Shown in pieces: positions 11,301-20,975 of a DNA stretch of 64,000 nt. The notes under the pieces were generated by a model. The model was not told the DNA's origin. It saw nothing but the letters and a program-made list of their open reading frames with translations, and did not search any database. Positions within the stretch are counted from its first letter, which is position 1. Each line of letters begins with the position of its first letter. The stretch covers positions 2,468 to 66,467 of the forward strand of contig CAYXVF010000020.1 in the NCBI GenBank assembly GCA_964468125.1. Reading direction: 5' to 3'. The translations under genes and the position numbers were made by a program. Source of the stretch: an uncultured Bdellovibrionales bacterium. Lineage in GTDB: Bacteria > Myxococcota > XYA12-FULL-58-9 > CAYXVF01.

Positions 11301-12021
11301 TGGTCAACGTCACGGTGGTGCCCGCAAAGTCATCGATCGCGAGCTTGTTCGCGCGCGCCTTTTTGATCAGCTCGTCGTAGGCGGTCAGGAACTCGCGGAA
11401 GCTCAACTCCTGCGCGTTCTTGATGTTCGGCACGAGCAAAATTCGCTCGCCACGCTTTTCCATGTCGATGGCGAGGCCGAGGTTCAGGCCCGGCCGGTCC
11501 AGCCGTGCCGGCTTGCCGTCCTGAACCGCGTAGCCTGCGTTGATGCCGGGAGTCTTCTTCACCGCCTTCGTGATCGCCCACGCGATCAAATGGGTGAACG
11601 AGACCTTTCCGCCCGCCACCGCCGCCTGGTGACGATTGATGAGCGAGCGGTTCTCTTCGAGCATCTTGACCGGAATCGTCCGCACCGACGTTGCCGTGGG
11701 CACGCCTAGGCTTTGCTCCATGTTTTCGGCAATCTTAGACGCAATGCCAACGAGTGGCTTCGCCCCTTCGACGTCGGTCAGTGCCGCGATGGGGGCGTGC
11801 GCCACGGGAACCGGCTCAGGGCTCGGTGCGGGAGTCGCCTCTGGTACCCTCGCGCTCGCAGGGGCCTGTGAGACGCTCGGCCCCGGGGCGCCGGTAGCGG
11901 TTCCCGGTTTGTAGTCGGCGAAGAACTCCCGCCAGTTCTCGCTCACACTGTTCGGATCTTCGAGGTAGCGGGCGTAGAGCTCGTCGACGAACCCCGCGTT
12001 GAAACCAAAACTGCTGCTCAT
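8302..12021 (-). CDS. kgd: Multifunctional 2-oxoglutarate dehydrogenase/decarboxylase (E2 catalytic domain fused to E1; KGD/OdhA type)
   Basis: N-terminal FGFNAGFVDELY helix; E2 motif TYDHRVIQGAESG; E1 motifs GMAHRGRLNV, HGDAAFSGQG and GQGPEHSSAR. Confidence 0.93.
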   Translation of the reverse strand: MSSSFGFNAGFVDELYARYLEDPNSVSENWREFFADYKPGTATGAPGPSVSQAPASARVPEATPAPSPEPVPVAHAPIAALTDVEGAKPLVGIASKIAENMEQSLGVPTATSVRTIPVKMLEENRSLINRHQAAVAGGKVSFTHLIAWAITKAVKKTPGINAGYAVQDGKPARLDRPGLNLGLAIDMEKRGERILLVPNIKNAQELSFREFLTAYDELIKKARANKLAIDDFAGTTVTLTNPGMIGTALSVPRLMAGQGAIIGVGSIGFPAEYTGMSREVISELGLSKTMTITSTYDHRVIQGAESGAFLKEIEQLLLGADDFYGSIFEELGVPHEPLNWAGDQNPAILAGTRDLDAIRKQAYVLQLIRVHRVRGHLYAHLDPLRLEQPQVHPELELSTYGLSVWDLDRPFMSGELGGNPNPMKLRDIMDTLRETYCRHIGAEYMHIPFPEQRDWLQVNMEKDRLSDPLPWEVQERILTRLNNAEAFEKFLGTTYVGQKRFSLEGSETLIPMLDILLSDAADGGEDRVEEAIIGMAHRGRLNVLANIIGKDYAQLFREFEGDMETSAHGSGDVKYHLGAEGVLESIGGKKVKVSVAGNPSHLEAVNPVVEGLARARQDAEFGFDRKKVLPILIHGDAAFSGQGVVAETLSMSQLAGYRTGGTVHIVVNNQIGFTTGPESSRSSLYATDVAKTIHAPIFHVNGDFPEDAVRVIKLALRFRQLFGRDVVIDLICYRRWGHNEGDDPSYTNPGLYQAIENHRSVRKLYTERLLRRGDIAPETAEKALEHYRSKLQEINDAVRAALDRSAPPVPEDQESTEGFGLAERKVTDTGVERAVLEKILTAMGRAPEGFQVHPKLEKQLAKRDDKFQQGKIDWALAEALSFGSLCLEGHPVRLSGEDSGRGTFSQRHSVLYDNRTSEPFVPLNHIDGDQAPFVVFDSLLSEFGVLGFEYGYSVNRMGGLTMWEAQFGDFVNGAQVIIDQFISSAEMKWGQKSGLVMLLPHGFEGQGPEHSSARIERFLQLCAQGNMCVSYPSTPAQYFHLLRRQVHAGNPRPLVVFTPKSLLRNPVAVSTADELTHDAFKPVLGDPDADKLANVRRVLLCAGKVYYDLLSHRRKQEITNVAIIRVEQYYPYPEHELREALDHYSDAKDIVWVQEEPRNMGAWDFLDERLLATIDPGQTLRYVGRPSAASPATGSSRRHAAEQEALVEEALLGDGVSTQARSVTLELGEKKTAAAATLN

Positions 12022-12157
12022 GGTGCCTCGTCTTCAATCGGCGCTACTCTTTATTCCTCTCCCCGAGGACTCGCGCTGCTCTACATGGGCCAAGACTGCA
12101 TGCCGCACCTGCTTATATTACGGACGATTGAAGGGGTCACCCGAGGAGAAGCGGAAA

Positions 12158-13441
12158 ATGTCAGGAAAAGTGCGCGCGGATCGGAAACACCACGTAGTCG
12201 TCGTAGGTGGCGGCTTCGGAGGTTTGGCCTGCGCAAAGGCCGCGCAGGATGCCGCGGTACGGGTTACCGTGGTCGACCGGCGTTCCCACCAGGAATTTCA
12301 GCCGCTCCTGTTCCAGGTGGCGACCGGCGCCCTTTCGCCCGATGCGGTGCGCTACTCGCTGCGAGACGCCCTACCGGCGAGTGTTCGCTTTGAGCAAGAC
12401 GTCGTCTTGGGCATCGATTCAACGGCGCAGCGGCTGCAGCTGGGCCGCGGCGCGCTCGACTACGATTCGCTGGTCCTGGCCTCCGGTTCCTACGTCGAGG
12501 TACCCCAGCTGTTCCCGGAAGCGCTGCCGTTGAAGGATCTGGCCGACGCGGTCACGCTTCGAGACCACCTCTTCGAGCAGCTCGCTCTCGCCTACGATCA
12601 ACACGATCCGTCAGCCGCCACCTTCGTGGTCGTCGGCGGGGGCCCGACGGGCGTCGAGCTCGCCGGGGAGATTCGACGCCTCGCCGACGAGGAGCTCGAG
12701 GCCTCGTCCCTAGTCCCGCGGGTGGTCCTCGTCGAGCAAACCGACAAGCTCCTCCCCGGTTTCTCGCGCCGCGCGAGCATCGCCGCCGAGCGATTCCTCG
12801 ATCGACTCGGCGTGGAGATCCGCCTCGAGTCCACCATCGACAGCGACCACCCTCACCGCTACCAAATTCGCGGACCTCGCGGGCATTTGCTGATCGACGC
12901 CCGAACTCTCGTATGGGCCGCCGGCGTGCGCCCGAGCGTTCTGAATCCATTGCTCGGACCCACCGATGACGCGGGGCGAATTGTCGTGGACACCAAGTGT
13001 CGCGTCGTTGACCAGCCCAATGTCTACGCGATCGGGGATACGGCGCGCTTCGAGTCGGACGAGGGCCTGCTCCCCTGGATCGCTCCCGTGGCGATGCAAC
13101 AAGGCGCGTACGTAGGCCGCTCGATCGTGCGCTACCAGCGTCGGCGCAGGGTTCGGCCGTTCGAGTACTTCAATCGCGGTATGATCGCCCATGTAGGGGA
13201 AGGCTTGGCCGTCGGCGAGGTCCTCGGCGTTCCGCTCGAGGGCGTAGTGCCCTGGCTGCTGGGGGAGCTGGTTCATCTCGCCTATCTGCCGGGCGTTGAA
13301 AACCGCATTCTCGCGGCCAGCGACTTCATCGCGAGCGCGCTCGGCCGACGACGACGTCCATCCGTGACGTCGAGAGGAGCTAATGTGCAATTCGATGCCC
13401 CCAAAACACCCTCGCCCGTGGAGACGCCCACCCTACATTAG
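12158..13441 (+). CDS. ndh: Type II NADH dehydrogenase family oxidoreductase
   Basis: VVVGGGFGG, FQPLLFQVATG, VGGGPTGVELAGE and YAIGD motifs. Start placed at ATG 12158. Confidence 0.88.
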   Translation: MSGKVRADRKHHVVVVGGGFGGLACAKAAQDAAVRVTVVDRRSHQEFQPLLFQVATGALSPDAVRYSLRDALPASVRFEQDVVLGIDSTAQRLQLGRGALDYDSLVLASGSYVEVPQLFPEALPLKDLADAVTLRDHLFEQLALAYDQHDPSAATFVVVGGGPTGVELAGEIRRLADEELEASSLVPRVVLVEQTDKLLPGFSRRASIAAERFLDRLGVEIRLESTIDSDHPHRYQIRGPRGHLLIDARTLVWAAGVRPSVLNPLLGPTDDAGRIVVDTKCRVVDQPNVYAIGDTARFESDEGLLPWIAPVAMQQGAYVGRSIVRYQRRRRVRPFEYFNRGMIAHVGEGLAVGEVLGVPLEGVVPWLLGELVHLAYLPGVENRILAASDFIASALGRRRRPSVTSRGANVQFDAPKTPSPVETPTLH

Positions 13442-13465
13442 ACGCGTTTGAGAAAGGATGCGGCG

Positions 13466-13952
13466 ATGGGACAGATGATCGACGGCGAGTGGCGACGAGG
13501 ATACTTCACCGACAGCGAAGGGTCCGACGAGTTTCAGCGTGTCCCCACGGTCTATCGCGACTTTGTTCGCGCCGATGGATCGACGGACTTCGAGCCGGAG
13601 CGCGACCGCTACCACCTCTACGTCGCCTCCGCCTGCCCCTGGGCGAACCGCACGCTGATCCTGCGCCGATTGAAGGGGCTGGATGACGCGATCACGACGT
13701 CGTTTGTGGCCCCGCAAATGGGGGACGACGGCTGGGTCTTCGATGAGACGCATCGCCGACTATGCGAATCTCGCCGCCTATCTGCGCGACCTCTACCAAA
13801 CACCCGGCTTCGGCGAGACCGTGCAGCTCGATGAGATCAAGCTGCACTACTACTGGAGTCACACCTCCATCAATCCGACGCGGATCGTGCCAAAGGGGCC
13901 AACGCTCGACTTCAGCGCGCCGCACGGACGCGAGTCCCTATCGCGTAACTGA
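13466..13952 (+). pseudogene. yqjG: Glutathionyl-hydroquinone reductase (YqjG/ECM4 family), internally deleted and frameshifted
   Basis: The N-terminal part (RYHLYVASACPWANRTLI...GWVF) is in one frame and the C-terminal part (RRIADYANL...HYYWSHTSINPTRIVPKGP) in another. The central part of the family sequence is absent. Confidence 0.85.
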
Positions 13953-14029
13953 TGTGCTCTTCTTGCCGCGCTCGGCCCCCGCATGACCCAGAAGAAATCC
14001 CCCTTCGAAACGTGTGAGGCCCCATTTGA

Positions 14030-14235
14030 GTCCTAACTCGGTGTCTTTGCCGCTTTAGCTGCAACAGCCCCTGCTGATGGGCGCTCTTCAACACGTGCTC
14101 GTTCAAGGCAACCATGCCGTCCTCGCCCATCAGCTCCGTGAAGTCCTGAATCGTCGTGTGATCCGGGCTCCAAGTCGAATCGGTTAGACCACACAGAAAC
14201 CGCGCCGGCGTTTTTCTGACCGAAAAACCCGACAA
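14030..14235 (-). mobile_element. Transposase fragment (IS5/IS1182-like, DUF772-type segment)
   Basis: ARFLCGLTDSTWSPDHTTIQDF resembles the RxFcG...PDhtTixxF segment of these transposases. No DDE domain or inverted repeats were seen. Confidence 0.55.
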
Positions 14236-14242
14236 ACCTTGG

Positions 14243-14710
14243 CTAGCGCAGCTGCCTGAGTGCTTCGTAGGTGGCGATCCCGACGCTCGTGGAAAGGTTC
14301 AGAGAGCGAAGCTCGCTGTCATATTTCCGCAGGGTGACCGAATGCTCCGGGCCGATTTCCTCGTGCATCCACTGCGGAACGCCGGAGGTTTCGCGTCCAA
14401 ACACCAGGCCATCCCCATCGGCATAGCTGACGTCCCAATGATCGCTTCGCCCCCGGGTGGTGAAGAGCCAGAGGCGCGTAGGCGCCGTCGGACTGTTTTT
14501 GAACGCCTCCCAGCTCGCGTGCTCGTGCACGTCCAGCGAGAACCAGTAGTCCATTCCGGCCCGACGCAGATTCTTGTCGCTGATCTCGAATCCAAGGGGA
14601 TGAATGAGATGGAGCCGGCTCCTCGAATAGGCGCACAGGCGCCCCACGTTGCCCGTGTTCTGCGGGATTTCCGGTTGAAACAACACGACGTGCAGCATGG
14701 GGTCGCTCAT
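14243..14710 (-). CDS. trmL: tRNA (cytidine/uridine-34 2'-O)-methyltransferase
   Basis: PEIPQNTGNVGRLC, LRRAGMDYW, FGRET and RSLNLS SPOUT motifs. Confidence 0.95.
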   Translation of the reverse strand: MSDPMLHVVLFQPEIPQNTGNVGRLCAYSRSRLHLIHPLGFEISDKNLRRAGMDYWFSLDVHEHASWEAFKNSPTAPTRLWLFTTRGRSDHWDVSYADGDGLVFGRETSGVPQWMHEEIGPEHSVTLRKYDSELRSLNLSTSVGIATYEALRQLR

Positions 14711-15034
14711 TCCAGAAGCGATGCGCTATTTCTAGTGCGTGGCGCTCTTGTTGGTTCTCAGCTTCCTCGCGCACCCGGGCCATGGGACCGCTCAGTATCT
14801 CGGCAGTGCGGGGGTTCACCTCTAAGCCCCCGCCCAGGCGATGGCTCAGCTGCGCCGGGCCGCGGGTCGAAACGCTTCCCGTCTCGGTCCCCGACTTCAC
14901 CCGGTCGCCCTCGACTACGGCGATCCAGCCTACCGGCACACGCGTGGAACCGTCAGCGTGGAGGCGGTTCGCATCCCTTACCGCGCAGCGAACGAAAGAA
15001 CCCAGAACCAGACCTCTTCACACGCCCTGGTGAG

Positions 15035-15229
15035 TCACGGCGCATCGAGCACGCGCGATGATTCAGACGCCGTCTCTTCCTGCGAAGGCTTCGGCGAGCT
15101 CTCGAGTTGCCGGTAAGGCGCGCAACGCCACACGGCCCACATGATCAGGCTGACCGTGAAGATGAGCAGCGTCGTCATCACCTGGCGATCGTTGCCCGTG
15201 GGGCGCCGGTTTCTGTAATTGCGTCGCAT
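15035..15229 (-). CDS. Small putative single-pass membrane protein
   Basis: Basic N-terminus, one hydrophobic stretch (LLIFTVSLIMWAVW) and a polar tail. Confidence 0.35.
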   Translation of the reverse strand: MRRNYRNRRPTGNDRQVMTTLLIFTVSLIMWAVWRCAPYRQLESSPKPSQEETASESSRVLDAP

Positions 15230-15318
15230 GGTTCCCTGCGCTTTACCACTTTTACCTACAACAGACGATCCGCTAAGCTCGACGGCTGTGACCACACGCT
15301 TCTGAGGCCACCTTTCCG

Positions 15319-17538
15319 ATGAGCTCCGCCGCGCCCACCGCATCTTCGCTGTCCAGCCGTGAGCAAGGCCGCGCGAGCGGCTTTGGCACGTTCACCGGGG
15401 TCTTCACGCCGAGCATCCTGACGATCCTCGGCGTCATCATGTATCTGCGCCTCGGCTGGGTCGTCGGCAATGCCGGGTTGCTCCAGGCTCTGCTGATCGT
15501 CGTGGTGGCGCACACAATCACCGCGGCGACCGGGCTCTCCGTCTCGAGCATCGCTACCAACCGCACCGTCGGCGCTGGGGGAGCCTACAACATCATCAGT
15601 CGAAGCCTCGGTGCCCCAGCGGGCGCCGCAATCGGCATTCCCCTCTATTTCAGCCAAGCACTGAGTGTCACTTTTTACGTCGTCGGTTTTGCTGAGTCCC
15701 TCGGCTACTTGGTCGAAGGGATTCCGGTCAGGCTCACCGCGACGGTCACACTGATCGCTCTCGCGGTGCTCTCGTTCAAGAGCGCCGCCCTTGCCCTCAA
15801 GGCGCAGTTCTTCGTCATGGCCGCGATCATCGCGAGCCTCTTCGCGGTGTTCACCGGCACACCGGTCGAGGAGAGCTTCTCTATCGGCTGGATCGCCCCG
15901 GACGATGCGCCGGGCTTTGCGACCATCTTCGCGGTCTTCTTCCCCGCCGTTACGGGCATCATGGCGGGGGTGAGCATGTCGGGCGACCTGAAGGACCCGA
16001 GGCGCGCCCTTCCCCTCGGCACCATGCTCGCTATCGGTACGGGCTTCGTCGTCTACATCGTCTTCGTCATCTTTTTTGCGGTCATGGCGCCGCTCGAGCT
16101 CCTGCGCGAAGACAACCGGGTGCTGTTCGCGGTTTCCTCGGTACCGGCGCTCATCTACGCCGGGGTCTGGGGCGCGACTCTCTCTAGCGGTCTCGGCAGC
16201 ATTCTCGGCGCGCCGCGAATTCTACAAGCCCTAGCCCTCGATGGCCTCGTCCCCCGCTTCCTCGGCCAAGGCTCCGGCCCTGCGAACGAGCCGCGCACCG
16301 GCACCGTCGTCACCTACGCGCTCGCTCAGGCGGGCATTTTGCTCGGCGATCTCGACGCGATCGCTCCGGTCCTCACGATGTTCTTCCTTGCCACCTACGC
16401 GGTCACGAACCTCGCCTGCGGTTTGGAGCGCTGGGCGGCCTCGCCGAGCTTTCGCCCAGACTTCAAAGTGCCCGCATGGGCGAGTCTCTTTGGGTTCATC
16501 GGCTGCGTCTACGTGATGAGCATCATCCATCTGCCAGCGATGATCGCTGCGCTCGTATGCTGTGCCGGCATCTACCTGTACGTCCAGCGCACGGTGCTCA
16601 ACACCGCCTTTGGCGATGCCCGTCACGGGATCATCTCCGCGATTGCACAGACCGCGCTCCACCAGCTGCGCCGCGTTGACTACCACGCGCAGAACTGGCG
16701 ACCGAACCTCGTAATCGCCGGCGGAAGCGACAAGCGTCACTACCTCCTCGAGCTCGGCTCCACCATCGTCCAAGAGCGCGGAATGGTGACCTACTTTCAC
16801 CTGCTCCGGGGCGAGGTCAGCGAGCTCGCGGACGCGCGCACGGAGCTGCTCAACACCCTCGAGAAAGAACACGGCGACGACTTTCCAAACGTATTCTTCC
16901 GCGTCGACATCGTCCCGCAGATCTATTCAGGGATCGTAACCGTTTCCCAATCCTACGGAGTCGGGAACTTTGAAGCGAACACAGTGATGGTCGGGTGGAC
17001 CGCGCGCGAGGAGCGACGACGGAGCTACATCAAGATGCTCCAAGACCTCGTCCGACTGGAGCGCTCGGTGATGATCGTACGTCGCCACCCCACGCGCAAA
17101 TTCGGAGCGCACAATCGAATTCAGATCTGGTGGGGCGGGCTGAAAGGCAACGGCGGTCTCATGCTGCTCATCGCCTTTCTCCTGACCAATCACCCCCGCT
17201 GGCGTGGAGCTTCGGTCGAGGTGATCACGGTCGTCGAGTCGGAAGCGGCCAAAGCCAAAACCGACATCGCGATCCGCAAGGTGCTTCAGGGCGCGCGCCT
17301 AGAGGCCGAGCCTGTCGTGATCGTTCGCGACGGACGCTCCTTGCCGGAGATCATGCGCGAGGTGAGTCCTCGTGCAGACCTGGCGATTATCGGGATTCGC
17401 GTTCCCGACGATGACTCGAGCATCGATCCCTTCTTCGACCGAATGGGCGCCATGCTCGAGGAAATGCCCACGACCATCATGGTCCGGAGCGCCCGCACCT
17501 TCGTCGGTACTCCGGTGCTCTTCGACCAAGAGGAGTAG
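15319..17538 (+). CDS. Cation-chloride cotransporter (SLC12/CCC-like amino acid permease family)
   Basis: FGTFTGVFTPSILTILGVIMYLRLGWVVG, SIATN, FFPAVTGIMAG, PSFRPDF, NWRPN and IQIWWGG motifs; about 12 TM helices plus a soluble C-terminal domain. Confidence 0.9.
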   Translation: MSSAAPTASSLSSREQGRASGFGTFTGVFTPSILTILGVIMYLRLGWVVGNAGLLQALLIVVVAHTITAATGLSVSSIATNRTVGAGGAYNIISRSLGAPAGAAIGIPLYFSQALSVTFYVVGFAESLGYLVEGIPVRLTATVTLIALAVLSFKSAALALKAQFFVMAAIIASLFAVFTGTPVEESFSIGWIAPDDAPGFATIFAVFFPAVTGIMAGVSMSGDLKDPRRALPLGTMLAIGTGFVVYIVFVIFFAVMAPLELLREDNRVLFAVSSVPALIYAGVWGATLSSGLGSILGAPRILQALALDGLVPRFLGQGSGPANEPRTGTVVTYALAQAGILLGDLDAIAPVLTMFFLATYAVTNLACGLERWAASPSFRPDFKVPAWASLFGFIGCVYVMSIIHLPAMIAALVCCAGIYLYVQRTVLNTAFGDARHGIISAIAQTALHQLRRVDYHAQNWRPNLVIAGGSDKRHYLLELGSTIVQERGMVTYFHLLRGEVSELADARTELLNTLEKEHGDDFPNVFFRVDIVPQIYSGIVTVSQSYGVGNFEANTVMVGWTAREERRRSYIKMLQDLVRLERSVMIVRRHPTRKFGAHNRIQIWWGGLKGNGGLMLLIAFLLTNHPRWRGASVEVITVVESEAAKAKTDIAIRKVLQGARLEAEPVVIVRDGRSLPEIMREVSPRADLAIIGIRVPDDDSSIDPFFDRMGAMLEEMPTTIMVRSARTFVGTPVLFDQEE

Positions 17539-17572
17539 GCGCCCTAGTGGCTCTGGAACACAAAGGGGTATT

Positions 17573-18031
17573 TCACCTCCACGGTGCCGCCGCCGGCCGG
17601 GGCCGGGAAGCGGACCCCGAATGGCGAGGCCACGCGGAGTCCCCGCGCTGGGCCCTCGAAGTGCCGCCCCCATGGCCGGAATCACGCCTCGGCTCGAAGC
17701 TCGGCAAAGGCATCAGCGTCGCCGTGTGCTGCACGAGCGAATGAATCGCCTCGGCGTCCCGTTCGATGTCGGGCTGCACGAGGAGGGTCAGCACCATGGA
17801 GCGGAAAGCGTCGAGCGCCACGACCTCGTCGCCGCGCAGCACGTGCGCCCGGGTGGTGGGTGAGACACACAGGACGATTTCCCGATCCAACGCCCGCAAC
17901 ACCGGCGCCCGTCGCCAGCGGCGCGGTTCCTGTCCCGGCTTGGGTTGCTCCGCCTGAAGCAGTGACGCGGTCAATCGCTGCTGCTTGACGAGCTGGCCCG
18001 CCTCCTCCAGCCGAACGTCCAAAACTCGCAT
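17573..18031 (-). CDS. Hypothetical protein
   Basis: The most plausible ORF between the CCC gene and ychF; no motif recognised. Confidence 0.3.
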   Translation of the reverse strand: MRVLDVRLEEAGQLVKQQRLTASLLQAEQPKPGQEPRRWRRAPVLRALDREIVLCVSPTTRAHVLRGDEVVALDAFRSMVLTLLVQPDIERDAEAIHSLVQHTATLMPLPSFEPRRDSGHGGGTSRAQRGDSAWPRHSGSASRPRPAAAPWR

Positions 18032-18163
18032 GAAATGCACTCTCGTCTTCGAGTCCCAAGTACCGATACGCGGCGGAGAAGGCGCTGGGGTTCACCGGAT
18101 TTCGGTCCCCCTTGACGGGAGGGGAGCAAAACCGCTTAACGGCGTGTCCCGAGGAGAAGCGAC

Positions 18164-19273
18164 ATGGCGATCAACATCGGAATCGTGGGACTGCCCAACG
18201 TCGGCAAGTCCACCCTCTTCAACGCGCTCTCGAAGGCCGGTGCGGAGTCCGCGAATTTTCCTTTCTGCACGATCGAGCCGAACGTGGGCGTCGTGCCCGT
18301 CCCGGACCCGCGCCTCGAGCAGCTCGCGGCGATTTATTCGTCAGAGTCGGTGATCCCCGCCTCGCTCGAGTTCGTTGACATCGCCGGGCTCGTGAAGGGA
18401 GCCTCAAAAGGCGAGGGTCTCGGCAACCAGTTCTTGAGCCACATTCGCCAGGTCCACGCGGTCGCGCACGTGGTGCGATGCTTCGAAGACGAAAACGTCG
18501 TGCATGTGGATGGCTCCGTCGATCCGGTGCGAGACGTGGAGGTCATCGACACGGAGCTCCTCCTCGCGGACCTGGAGACCGTGGAAAAGCGCCTCGACCG
18601 CACCGCGAAGGCCGCCAAGGCGTCGGGCAAGGCTGGCGAGAAGGCCAAAGCGGAGCTCGCCGTCCTCGAACGACTTCAGGCCCATTTCAACGAGGGAAAC
18701 CCGGCGCGGACACTCGAAGCTAACGACGACGAGGCGCTCATCATTCGCGACCTGCACCTGATCACCCGCAAACCGGTGATCTACGTCGGCAACGTCAGCG
18801 AAGAGCACGCTCCAAATCCCGACGAGAGCCCCGCCTTCCGCGCCCTCTCCGATCTCGCCGAGAGCCAGGGAGCCGAGCTGCTCGCCGTCAGCGCTGCCAT
18901 CGAAGCGGAAGTGGCGCAGCTCGACGCGGACGAAGCCGGGGAGTACCTCGAGTCGATGGGCCTCGAAGAGCCCGGTCTCCATCGCATCATCAAGGCAGGC
19001 TACGCGACCCTCGGCCTCATCACCTTCCTCACCGCAGGACCGAAGGAATCGCGGGCGTGGCCCATTCGCATCGGGACCAAAGCCCCGCAGGCGGCGGGCA
19101 CGATCCACACGGACTTCGAGCGCGGTTTCATCAAGGCTGAGGTGATGCGCTGGGAGGACCTGGTGGAGCTGAAAGACGAGGCCTCGGTGAAGGCCGCGGG
19201 CAAGCTCCGAATAGAGGGCAAGGAGTACGTGGTCCAAGACGGTGACGTGATGCACTTTCGCTTCAACGTATGA
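18164..19273 (+). CDS. ychF: Redox-regulated ATPase YchF
   Basis: [41 protein letters not shown] and TGS domain [11 protein letters not shown]. Confidence 0.98.
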   Translation: MAINIGIVGLPNVGKSTLFNALSKAGAESANFPFCTIEPNVGVVPVPDPRLEQLAAIYSSESVIPASLEFVDIAGLVKGASKGEGLGNQFLSHIRQVHAVAHVVRCFEDENVVHVDGSVDPVRDVEVIDTELLLADLETVEKRLDRTAKAAKASGKAGEKAKAELAVLERLQAHFNEGNPARTLEANDDEALIIRDLHLITRKPVIYVGNVSEEHAPNPDESPAFRALSDLAESQGAELLAVSAAIEAEVAQLDADEAGEYLESMGLEEPGLHRIIKAGYATLGLITFLTAGPKESRAWPIRIGTKAPQAAGTIHTDFERGFIKAEVMRWEDLVELKDEASVKAAGKLRIEGKEYVVQDGDVMHFRFNV

Positions 19274-20171
19274 ACAGGCGTCCCCCTTCGATCTCCACCA
19301 CACGGTCCTCCTGCCGGACCTTCCGCCACTCAAAGTCGAGGTCTCGGAGGGCCAAGGGCTCGGGGCGGTCGACGAGGTCTGCCGCGTGGGCCAGGACACC
19401 CAGCAGATCCTGCGGGCGATAGTGCGTTCTCAGCTCCCGTGCCCCGATGGCGCCGTGAAGCTTCGAAAGCTTCTGGTCGCGGCGTTCGAGGAGCAGGAAA
19501 TGATGGTGGTGACTCGGGACCGAAAGGCCTAGGAGCGAGCGCAGACCGTTTTGCACGAGCGTGCTCGTCATGAGGTCGCGCCCGCGAACCACCCGCGTCA
19601 CCGCCGACGCCTGGTCGTCGACAATGGACGCGAGCTGGTAGCTGATCGCACCGTCGCGACGGCGTACCACCGGGTCGCCGAAGGCATCGAGGCGGTGCTC
19701 GAGCACCTGTCCTGAGTCGTCGTCGAGCCGTTCGCGGCGATCCGGCAGCATGACCCGCAGGGGCTCGTCGCTCGCTCGCCAACCTGCGGGCGGAAGCGCG
19801 CGTCCTCGACCGCTGTTCCCGTAGGCCCACGACCCGTCTGGCGCCCGTCTCCCCGCCTCTTTGAGCTGCGAGCGACTCACGCTGCAGGGGTAGAGCACAC
19901 CGAGCTCCTCGAGCTGCTCCAACGCCTGTTCGTGCGCGTCACGGTTTCTCGACTGAATCGTTTCCAGGTCGAACTCGAGTCCGAGCCACTGAAGGTCTTC
20001 ACGCATCTGCGGCAGAAACTCTGGCCGGCAGCGCTGTGGGTCGAGATCCTCGAAGCGCAGAACTGTCTCCAGACCACGGGAGCGCGCGTCGAGCAGCACT
20101 AGCATTGCGGAGAGGAACGTTCCGGGGTGCGCCTCCCCGGTGGTGGAAGGCGCGAAGCGCGAGCGCGTCAC
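19263..20171 (-). CDS. gluQ: Glutamyl-Q tRNA(Asp) synthetase-like protein
   Basis: [37 protein letters not shown] and KLSK motifs; no anticodon-binding domain. Confidence 0.85.
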   Translation of the reverse strand: MTRSRFAPSTTGEAHPGTFLSAMLVLLDARSRGLETVLRFEDLDPQRCRPEFLPQMREDLQWLGLEFDLETIQSRNRDAHEQALEQLEELGVLYPCSVSRSQLKEAGRRAPDGSWAYGNSGRGRALPPAGWRASDEPLRVMLPDRRERLDDDSGQVLEHRLDAFGDPVVRRRDGAISYQLASIVDDQASAVTRVVRGRDLMTSTLVQNGLRSLLGLSVPSHHHHFLLLERRDQKLSKLHGAIGARELRTHYRPQDLLGVLAHAADLVDRPEPLALRDLDFEWRKVRQEDRVVEIEGGRLFIR

Positions 20172-20172
20172 G

Positions 20173-20835
20173 TCAGCCCTTGCGGCGCGCCGCCAAATCC
20201 TGGCGAACCAGCTCCACGAGCTTCCGAACGTGGAGCGCGGTCGCCCGCTCGTCGATCAGGAACTGAACTCCCATTCCCGGCGAGTCGCCCTGGCGCACCC
20301 ACATGACTTCTGCATCGATGGAGATTGGCTCTGGCCCACTGAGGGTCACAGGCAGGACCGAGTGGACCTCCGCGAGCCTCGAGCTCGCGATGAAGGCGCC
20401 CGTGTGGGAGATGTTCTGCGTCCGTGCGCGCATCTTCGCGCCGCCCATCAAGAGCTCGAGGTCGAGCTGGGCGGGAAAACGGCGGGCGCGCTGCTGAAGC
20501 TGTGGGATGGACTCGCCCTTGGCGAACTTTACCAGTAGATCGCGTGTTCCCGCCTCCTCGGGCAGAAACTCCACTCCGATTCCAGCGGCGAGATTGCGCG
20601 AAGCTTTCGAGCGTTTCCAGCGCACGACCCCCTTCGAGCTGAAGGTGAGTGCGGGATCGGAGAACGCGACCTCGATGACGACTTGCGTCCCGGAGGGAAT
20701 GTCGACGTAGCCCGGAACGAAGAGCGTTCCCACGCCCCGTTCGGTGTAATAGTCGAGAAAGGACTCCGCGGATTTCAGAGGAATCAGAACGGATGGTTTA
20801 GAGCTGGTCATCGGAAGTGCTGCGGCGGTCCCCAT
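20173..20835 (-). CDS. Double PilZ-domain protein (TIGR02266-like, myxobacterial)
   Basis: GVVRW...[21 protein letters not shown] and GMGVQF motifs. Confidence 0.85.
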   Translation of the reverse strand: MGTAAALPMTSSKPSVLIPLKSAESFLDYYTERGVGTLFVPGYVDIPSGTQVVIEVAFSDPALTFSSKGVVRWKRSKASRNLAAGIGVEFLPEEAGTRDLLVKFAKGESIPQLQQRARRFPAQLDLELLMGGAKMRARTQNISHTGAFIASSRLAEVHSVLPVTLSGPEPISIDAEVMWVRQGDSPGMGVQFLIDERATALHVRKLVELVRQDLAARRKG

Positions 20836-20975
20836 ACGAGAACTGTTAACACGTTCTTACAATTCCCGGAACCCGGTTTTTTGGAGTACCACGAATCCTG
20901 TTCCCGGGGTAGCGACATTGCGTCATCGCGCTTCGCCGAGTAACGTCCGCCGTCGATCCGACGCGAGGAGGTCAC

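Noticed and set aside
14711-15034. Short ORFs upstream of trmL (similarly 32803-33122 and 61842-62190)
   Set aside because: No recognisable motif, RBS or consistent frame; left unannotated
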